DNA from: an uncultured bacterium
GTDB taxonomy: Bacteria > CAIJMQ01
DNA length: 13,466 bases
Direction: 5' to 3'
NCBI GenBank assembly: GCA_964573245.1
Contig: CAZNJA010000035.1
Span: 1-13,466, forward strand
Shown piece after piece: positions 1-6,677 of the stretch; the first letter of the stretch is position 1; each line of letters starts with the position of its first letter. The notes beneath the pieces were generated by a model, which was not told where the DNA came from, did no database searches, and saw only the letters and a program-made list of their open reading frames with translations. Position numbers and translations under genes: made by a program.

Positions 1-9
1 AGAAATCAG

Positions 10-1074
10 TTATAACCACTTCTTCCTACGAAAATAAAAAATCATATATGAGGCTAATCCAATCATTATCAGCCACACAACAAAATAAGACCATCTCCAC
101 TCAAGTTCCGGCATAAATTTAAAATTCATTCCGTAAACCCCTGCTATAAACGTAAGAGGAATAAATATAGTGGCTATAATTGTCAATACTTTCATGACTT
201 CGTTCATTCTATTGCTTATACTGGAAAGATAAACATCAAGCATTCCGGAAAGTATGTCTCTAAACGTCTCTATAGAATCTATTACCTGAATGGTATGGTC
301 GTAAACATCCCTTAAATATATCATTGTGGGTTTATATATAATCTTTGATTCCCCTCTCTGCATATTGCTTATTATTTCTCTCAATGGCCAAATAGATTTA
401 CGCAGAGACATTATCTTTCTTTTTAATCTATGAATTTTCTGCGAGGTTTTTGTTGTTGGGTCCAGCATAACCTCATCTTCAAGAGACTCTGTTTTTTCGC
501 CCAATTTCTCGAGAATCAAGAAATAACCGTCAACTATGGCATCTATCAAACTATATGCAAGATAATCTGCCTTCATTTTTCTTATCTTGCCTTTCCCTTC
601 CCTGATTCTATCTCTGATAAAATTAAAAATATCTCCCTCGGTTTCCTGAAAGGAAATGACAAAATTGGAACCAAGAACAAGGCTAACCTGCTCTTCTTTA
701 ATTTCGCTGTCGTCTCCGGTTTGATAAAGCATTTTTAAAACTATAAAAATATGGTCTGTAAAATCCTCTATCTTCGGGCGTTGGGACGTATTCACGATGT
801 CTTCCAAAATCAAAGGGTGAAGATTAAAGTGCCCTCCAACTTTCCGGATAAGGTCAAGGTTATGTATCCCGTCTATGTTTATCCAGGTAATCGTTTGTTT
901 ATCTTTGTATGGAAAAGCTTCCTCTATGGTTTTTACTTCCTTTTCTTCCAAAAATTTTTCATCGTAATCAAAAATAGTTATTCTCACACTTTCGGATCTT
1001 TTTTCGCCTACATGAATTAAAGTGCCGGGTGGTAGCCCGACCATGTCCGAAGCTTTTTTGGCGATATTTGTCAT
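10..1074 (-). CDS. corA: Magnesium/cobalt transporter CorA (354 aa from MTNIAKK)
   Basis: GLPPGTL N-terminus, HPLILEDI..QRPK, YLRDVYDH, and the YGMNF..MPEL signature between two C-terminal TM helices. Start moved from 1155 to ATG 1074 because GGAGAGGT (1081-1088, minus strand) precedes it. Confidence 0.96.
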   Translation of the reverse strand: MTNIAKKASDMVGLPPGTLIHVGEKRSESVRITIFDYDEKFLEEKEVKTIEEAFPYKDKQTITWINIDGIHNLDLIRKVGGHFNLHPLILEDIVNTSQRPKIEDFTDHIFIVLKMLYQTGDDSEIKEEQVSLVLGSNFVISFQETEGDIFNFIRDRIREGKGKIRKMKADYLAYSLIDAIVDGYFLILEKLGEKTESLEDEVMLDPTTKTSQKIHRLKRKIMSLRKSIWPLREIISNMQRGESKIIYKPTMIYLRDVYDHTIQVIDSIETFRDILSGMLDVYLSSISNRMNEVMKVLTIIATIFIPLTFIAGVYGMNFKFMPELEWRWSYFVVWLIMIGLASYMIFYFRRKKWL

Positions 1075-1105
1075 AATTGCACCTCTCCAATTTTTTTTAT
1101 TTCTT

Positions 1106-1134
1106 CTTATACTAAATCGCGGACAAACTGTCAA
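1106..1134 (-). promoter_or_regulatory. Candidate sigma70 promoter for corA
   Basis: Minus strand TTGACA (1134-1129), 17-nt spacer, TATAAG (1111-1106). Confidence 0.45.
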
Positions 1135-1203
1135 AAAAACACACCTGTTCCACAATCAAATCCATTGTAGTAGAATATGTCTAACAAAAAGGAAACTTCC
1201 ATT

Positions 1204-1839
1204 ATGAATCAAGAAGTCGAAAAGCTATGCGAAAGGCATCCTGCATTAGCCTCCTGCAAAAAAGACATCGAAGACGCCATAAACCTGATAAAGAATTGTT
1301 ATAAGAAAGGCAATAAGGTTATAACTTGCGGAAACGGCGGAAGCGCAGCCGACGCCGAACATATAGTCGGGGAATTGATGAAAGGTTCTCGAAAAAAAAG
1401 AAGAATTTCGAATGTGTTGTCAGAAAAGATAAAAAAGTTTTATCCGCAGGAATACAACCAAATATGCAATAGCCTGCAAACTCCTCTTCCTGCGGTTTCA
1501 CTTACTTCCCATATCTCCTTTACAACAGCATTCAACAATGATGTGAATCCCGAATTTACTTTTGCTCAGCAACTTTTAGGACTTGGGCGAGGGGGGGATG
1601 TTTTGATAGCACTGTCAACTTCGGGAAATGCGAAAAACGTCATAAATACTTGCAAACTTGCAAAAGTTCTTGAGATAAAAACCGTATCCTTAACCGGCAA
1701 GGAGGGGGGCAAATTAAAAAATATATGTGATATAACTATACAAGTTCCCGAGCAAGAAACGTTCCTTATTCAGGAATACCATTTACCTATTTACCATGCT
1801 ATATGTTCTGCTGTAGAAAATGAATTTTTTGAAGAATAG
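1204..1839 (+). CDS. gmhA: SIS-domain sugar-phosphate isomerase, phosphoheptose isomerase GmhA-like
   Basis: CGNGGSAADAEH, FAQQ, GDVLIALSTSGN, LTGKEGG and IQEYH motifs. ATG 1204 preferred over 1177: AAGGA at 1189-1193, and a -10-like TAGAAT (1171-1176) directly abuts ATG 1177. Confidence 0.85.
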   Translation: MNQEVEKLCERHPALASCKKDIEDAINLIKNCYKKGNKVITCGNGGSAADAEHIVGELMKGSRKKRRISNVLSEKIKKFYPQEYNQICNSLQTPLPAVSLTSHISFTTAFNNDVNPEFTFAQQLLGLGRGGDVLIALSTSGNAKNVINTCKLAKVLEIKTVSLTGKEGGKLKNICDITIQVPEQETFLIQEYHLPIYHAICSAVENEFFEE

Positions 1840-1846
1840 AATTTAT

Positions 1847-2686
1847 CTATAGTTTGATTTGCATACCTTCGTAAACCGCAAAGCATTTCAATTTGCTTTT
1901 TTCTTTCTTAATTATCTTTTGGCAATCCTTAACAATTTCATCCAATTCTTTGTCCGTTCTTTCCTGATTGTGATGAAACAACCCAAATTGTTTAACATCT
2001 GCTTCAACAGCCAATTTTAGGGCATCTTTATAAACAGAATGTCCCCATTCTTTCTTTATTTTATAATCTTCTTCTGTGTATTCAGAATCATGCATAAGCA
2101 AATCAGCGCCGGAGGAAAATTCCACATAATCTTTATAATCACGCCCACCAGGATGTTTAAAGGTCAATTCGTTGTCAGTCAAAAATATAAAGCTTTTATC
2201 ATCTTCAATAAATTTATAACCGAACCCGCCGTTAGGATGGCTCAAAGGGATAGGAATAACAGTAACGGAATCGATGTGCAATTTTTCTTTTAATGCTTCA
2301 TGGTAGGAAATTTCGGCTTTTATATCTTCGAAATTTACAGGGAAATAAGGCGGAGTCATTGACATTTTAATCAGTTCCTTTGCCGACTTCTGCGCAAAAG
2401 GATAGCCATACATTTTTATACGCGTTCCCTTGGCATATATCGGCTGAAAAAAAGGAAATCCCAAAAGATGGTCCCAGTGCGCATGCGTGAATATCATATT
2501 GTATTCATGTTTGTTTCCTTTTAGCAGTTCATGCCCCAATTTTCTTATGCCAGAACCCGCGTCGATTATGATTACCTCGTTATTTTTGGTTCTTACTTCT
2601 ACACAGGTGGTAGAGCCACCATACTTGATGTATTCTTTCCCTGAAACGGGTATTGAACCTCTTGCTCCCCAACATTTAATAATCAT
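1847..2686 (-). CDS. MBL-fold metallo-hydrolase (RNase Z/phosphodiesterase-like, WGxRGSIP subgroup)
   Basis: HAHWDH metal motif, IIDAGSG, LSHP, TDNE, HDSEY, WGHS and FHH; N-terminal WGARGSIP. Confidence 0.92.
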   Translation of the reverse strand: MIIKCWGARGSIPVSGKEYIKYGGSTTCVEVRTKNNEVIIIDAGSGIRKLGHELLKGNKHEYNMIFTHAHWDHLLGFPFFQPIYAKGTRIKMYGYPFAQKSAKELIKMSMTPPYFPVNFEDIKAEISYHEALKEKLHIDSVTVIPIPLSHPNGGFGYKFIEDDKSFIFLTDNELTFKHPGGRDYKDYVEFSSGADLLMHDSEYTEEDYKIKKEWGHSVYKDALKLAVEADVKQFGLFHHNQERTDKELDEIVKDCQKIIKKEKSKLKCFAVYEGMQIKL

Positions 2687-2766
2687 TTTTGTTTTATCTT
2701 ATATCTTAATAGTCTTAATAAAAATGTTTTAATAATTGAGTCGGAAGACGTTAATGATAACACTAC

Positions 2767-2796
2767 TTGACAAGACCTTCAAGTATGTATTATACT
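2767..2796 (+). promoter_or_regulatory. Candidate sigma70 promoter P1 of pga operon
   Basis: TTGACA (2767-2772), N18, TATACT (2791-2796). Confidence 0.55.
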
Positions 2797-2816
2797 TTTG
2801 CCTCAATTTTACAGAG

Positions 2817-2845
2817 TTGCAAAATTTTTGATACTTTGATAGTAT
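2817..2845 (+). promoter_or_regulatory. Candidate sigma70 promoter P2 of pga operon (extended -10)
   Basis: TTGCAA (2817-2822), N17, TAGTAT (2840-2845), with TG at 2837-2838. Confidence 0.4.
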
Positions 2846-2881
2846 GCCGTTCCGTTCATAACGGCTATGAATTTTGGTTGT

Positions 2882-2910
2882 TTGACAATCTCAATGCTAT
2901 GATATATATT
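2882..2910 (+). promoter_or_regulatory. Candidate sigma70 promoter P3 of pga operon
   Basis: TTGACA (2882-2887), N17, TATATT (2905-2910). Confidence 0.6.
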
Positions 2911-3006
2911 TCACCAACAAAGAATACTTCAGATAACTCCTATTCGGCAAAGTAACTTCAAAGTTCAGGCAAAGATGCAGGAATATTTACGGAGAACTTT
3001 TTAATC

Positions 3007-6000
3007 ATGTTAAAAAAACGTAATATTTGTATTGTTGTTTTCTGTTTTTTAATTATATATGTTATTTCTTCATCTGATGTTTTAACTGCAGAGGAAATAG
3101 CAGAGACTTCTGGTCCAGCCCCACAAGAAAACACTATCCATCAAAAAGCAATACTTCTTGCCAGAAACGGGGAATTGGAAGAAGCAATCACATTGATTAA
3201 TAAGGCCTTGAAAGAGACAAATAATGCTCCTGAGGTTGTTTCGGATTACATTGTAATTCTTGCGTGGGCAGGACGATGCCAGGAAGCTCTTAATATTTAC
3301 GAGGACCTTCCTGCCGATTATACCCCACCCAACTATTTACTGCCTGAAGTCGCAAAATGTTATAGGGTTGCCAAGAAATATGATAAATCTATTAAGCTAT
3401 ATAAAAAGTACCTATCACTTGAGATAAAAGATAAAGAACAGGAAATCACGCATCAAGAAGCCACAAAGGGACTCGTGTACACTTATCTGGACAGCAACCG
3501 GATTGATACGGCACGCCAATATGTTGAAGAGCGTATAACTAAAGAACCAAAAAATGAAAACTGGTTGCGCAGATTTTTAATAATAGATATTGCGGAAAAG
3601 GAAGAAGAACTCATTCATCAGCAATCTATAATGTATGCAAGAAACGGAGATTTTGAAAAAGCGTTTGCTTTAATAAACGAGGCTTTGAAGAAATCCAACA
3701 ATGCACCCGAAGCTGTATCCGATTATATAGTTATACTTGCCTGGGCAGGACAATATTATGAAGCTATATTGGTCTACGAAAAACTGCCTGAAAATTATAT
3801 CCCGTCTAATTATATCCTGCCGGAAGTTGCAAAATGCTACAGAATTGTCAAGGAATACGACAAAGCTATTGCACTTTATAAACAATATCTTAGCCTTGAG
3901 ATAAAAGACAAGGAACAGGAAATCACGCATAAAGAAGCTACCAAAGGGCTTATATACACCTATCTGGACAGCGACCAAATCGACACGGCGCGCAAATATG
4001 TTGAACAGCGTATAACCAAAGAACCAAAAAATGAAAACTGGTTGCGCAGATTTTTAATAATAGATATTGCAGAGAAAGAAGAAAAACTCATTCACAAAAA
4101 AGCTGTAATTCAAGCTCAAAGTGGGAATTTCAATAAAGCTTTTACATTGATTAACGAAGCTTTGACAAAGTCCAACAATGCGCCAGAAGTTGTGTCGGAT
4201 TACATTATAATTCTTGCATGGTCGGGACAATGGCAGAAAGCGATTGAAAATTATGAAGGTTTGCCTTCAGGATACAATATTCCAGACCATGTCCTCCCGG
4301 AAATCGCAAAATGTTACCGTATTGGTGGCAAATATGACAAAGCAATAGAACTTTACAGGGAATATCTTGCACTGGGGATTAAAGACCAGGATAAAGAGGT
4401 AACAAACAGGGAAGCTACAAAAGGGCTTATATATACTTACTTGGATAATAACCAGACCGACATAGCACGCCAATATATTGAAGAAAGGATGGAAAAAGAG
4501 CAGGAAAACAGAGATTGGTTGGGATTATATCTGGTTGACATTCTTCTTTTGCGGGACGAAATAAGTGTGGATTACGCCGAAGTCTTGTATATGGAAATGC
4601 TTGAGAAAGACCCTCTTAATATCCATTCCAAGTTAGGAATAAGTAAAACATTGATTACAAAAGGAGAATATGAAAAAGCAGAAAGCTTTATTTCGGATAT
4701 ATTAGATAAAGAACCGGATAATATAGAAGCCTTATTCTTAAAAGCAGAACTTTTTGACAATGAGCGTGAATATATTGATGCATACGAAGTATATGAAAAA
4801 ATATTGGAATTATATCCCCACAGTCAAACAGCCCTCACCCTGAAATATAAAGCACTTATATCGCTAGGTGCGTATAGTCTTGTCGAACAGAAATTAGAAG
4901 AATCGGGAGATATCGTTGACCCTGCTATACACGAAGAACTATTAGGGAATCAGGCTATGGTTAGGATATGGTGGCAAGAGCCGGATACTGCTTTAGAAAT
5001 TTTAGATAGGAATATATATTATGTTGAGGAGAATCTCTCCGAAGAATTTTTCTCAAGAACTAAAAACGACCAGATTCTTGCTCTTCAGGATAAACAAAAT
5101 GCGTGGGAAATCATCAACAAATATGAAAATTTAAAGAATGCTAACGAGGAAATTCCACCATGGATTTCTAATTCTGCGGCAGGTGCTTATCTATACGTCA
5201 GACAGCCGAAAAAAGCTCTAGCCCTTTATGAAGAAGCACTATCAAAAGGTTGGGATCCTTCATACGGCGAGACAAGGAGAGGGATATATGCCGCCACAGT
5301 AGAAATGGGAGAATATGAGAAAGCCGGTGCTATTCTTGATGAACTTGATAGTGAGATGCCTATTGAAATCATACATAGAGGGATTTTACAAGACAATTGG
5401 TGGAAAGAAGAAATTGGATATACTCGTGCATGGTGGTACCTTTATCAGGATAGATTAGCTGAAAGCCAGAGATGCCTTGAAGACCTTCTTTATATTGGTC
5501 CCGCCAATTTACATACTCGTACTGCCTTAGCTCAAACATATTTATGGAGAGGGTGGACAAGAAAGGCACTGCAAGAGTTTGAAACAATACAAACACTAAA
5601 AGCGCCCGTTGTAGATCCGGATACATCAATTGAAGTTTCACCCCCCGAAGATATTGCAAGCGAGGTTGGATATTGTTACGCCCTAAATGAAAACGACGAT
5701 GGAATTGAAGCAAGAGCTTTGGCAAAAGAGCTTCTACGAAAATATCCTATAAACCTGAATGTCCAACGCCTCAACCGCTATTTTGAAATTCAGGATATGC
5801 GCACCTTCACGCTTGATGCTTCGGTTTCAAACGAAATACCCGGCGCTCACGAAACATACTGGTCCGTTAAATTGGAACAACCTCTATATCCTTGGCGAAA
5901 AATTTTCGGAATGTATGCCTGGCAACAGGATTTTCAGGGAGATTCCAGAGAGAATATAGAACGCGCCTCCATAGGTATGGATTGGCGTCTAAATAGAGAT

Positions 6001-6654
6001 TGGGGGTTTGTCGCAGCAGTATCTAAAGACGAAGAGGATTCAGATATCGGTCTTTCAGGTGAAGTTACTTTTAATCCCAACGATTATTTCTCATTTAACC
6101 TTATGCATGATTCTAAAACTTTGAGTGTACCTTTGCAGGCTAAAGCGCTTGGGGTAGAAGCAGAAGAATACAGATTTGTAGGTATTTATCGCCAAAGCGA
6201 AAGTTTTCTAACCCGGGTCACATCAAATCTTTATCAATTATCCGACGGTAATGAAATCCGTAGTTACGGATTGAGATTTGATAAAGCCCTTACTACCAGA
6301 GCTTATTGGAAGACACGTGTGGCTTTGGAAGGTTATCTGTCAACCAATTCCGAAACAGAATTAGAATACTATAGTCCGGAAGAGTTTTCTTCTGTTTACA
6401 TAATTCCGATGGTGGAACACGTATGGTATAGACATTATGAAAGCGCGATGGTAGACCGTCTTTATGTGGGAATCGGGACACAAAAAGAAAAGGAATTCTC
6501 CGAAAAAGGCATTTGGTATATTCAGTATGAGCAGGATTATAGGATTTCGGATACACTTGCATTCTTAATCGGTGTAAACTTTTCCAAGAAAAATTACAGC
6601 GGGGAATATACGGACATAACAAGTTTCTATCTCACGCTTACTAAGAATTTTTAA
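3007..6654 (+). CDS. pgaA: PNAG export porin PgaA: long TPR region plus C-terminal outer-membrane beta-barrel (1215 aa)
   Basis: N-terminal signal peptide; PgaA-like TPR motif SDYIVILAWAG; LAQTYLWRGW; beta-strand-rich C-terminus with YYSP and terminal Phe (YLTLTKNF); first gene ahead of pgaBCD; GGAG RBS at 2991-2994. Confidence 0.9.
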   Translation: MLKKRNICIVVFCFLIIYVISSSDVLTAEEIAETSGPAPQENTIHQKAILLARNGELEEAITLINKALKETNNAPEVVSDYIVILAWAGRCQEALNIYEDLPADYTPPNYLLPEVAKCYRVAKKYDKSIKLYKKYLSLEIKDKEQEITHQEATKGLVYTYLDSNRIDTARQYVEERITKEPKNENWLRRFLIIDIAEKEEELIHQQSIMYARNGDFEKAFALINEALKKSNNAPEAVSDYIVILAWAGQYYEAILVYEKLPENYIPSNYILPEVAKCYRIVKEYDKAIALYKQYLSLEIKDKEQEITHKEATKGLIYTYLDSDQIDTARKYVEQRITKEPKNENWLRRFLIIDIAEKEEKLIHKKAVIQAQSGNFNKAFTLINEALTKSNNAPEVVSDYIIILAWSGQWQKAIENYEGLPSGYNIPDHVLPEIAKCYRIGGKYDKAIELYREYLALGIKDQDKEVTNREATKGLIYTYLDNNQTDIARQYIEERMEKEQENRDWLGLYLVDILLLRDEISVDYAEVLYMEMLEKDPLNIHSKLGISKTLITKGEYEKAESFISDILDKEPDNIEALFLKAELFDNEREYIDAYEVYEKILELYPHSQTALTLKYKALISLGAYSLVEQKLEESGDIVDPAIHEELLGNQAMVRIWWQEPDTALEILDRNIYYVEENLSEEFFSRTKNDQILALQDKQNAWEIINKYENLKNANEEIPPWISNSAAGAYLYVRQPKKALALYEEALSKGWDPSYGETRRGIYAATVEMGEYEKAGAILDELDSEMPIEIIHRGILQDNWWKEEIGYTRAWWYLYQDRLAESQRCLEDLLYIGPANLHTRTALAQTYLWRGWTRKALQEFETIQTLKAPVVDPDTSIEVSPPEDIASEVGYCYALNENDDGIEARALAKELLRKYPINLNVQRLNRYFEIQDMRTFTLDASVSNEIPGAHETYWSVKLEQPLYPWRKIFGMYAWQQDFQGDSRENIERASIGMDWRLNRDWGFVAAVSKDEEDSDIGLSGEVTFNPNDYFSFNLMHDSKTLSVPLQAKALGVEAEEYRFVGIYRQSESFLTRVTSNLYQLSDGNEIRSYGLRFDKALTTRAYWKTRVALEGYLSTNSETELEYYSPEEFSSVYIIPMVEHVWYRHYESAMVDRLYVGIGTQKEKEFSEKGIWYIQYEQDYRISDTLAFLIGVNFSKKNYSGEYTDITSFYLTLTKNF
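3136..4540 (+). repeat. Intragenic tandem triplication in pgaA, period 477 bp / 159 aa
   Basis: Units start at 3136 (IHQKA), 3613 (IHQQS) and 4090 (IHKKA). 53 bp are identical at 3541-3593 and 4018-4070. Confidence 0.95.
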
Positions 6655-6677
6655 TTAATATAAGGAAAACAGGGAAA

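Noticed and set aside
1075..1155. N-terminal extension of the corA ORF
   Set aside because: It overlaps the promoter region, and the RBS supports ATG 1074.
2767..2955. 62-aa ORF upstream of pgaA
   Set aside because: The TTG start is the -35 hexamer itself; no RBS and no recognisable motif.
2946..2985. c-di-GMP-I (GEMM) riboswitch-like GGCAAA...GGCAAAG pattern in the pgaA leader
   Set aside because: Superficial only: no GNRA tetraloop, no GACGCAAAGC core, no tetraloop-receptor hairpin or P1 closure. An Infernal search with the c-di-GMP-I model would settle it.
3541..4070. CRISPR or mobile-element interpretation of the repeated DNA
   Set aside because: The repeats are in-frame coding units at a 477-bp period, with no spacers, cas genes or transposase.
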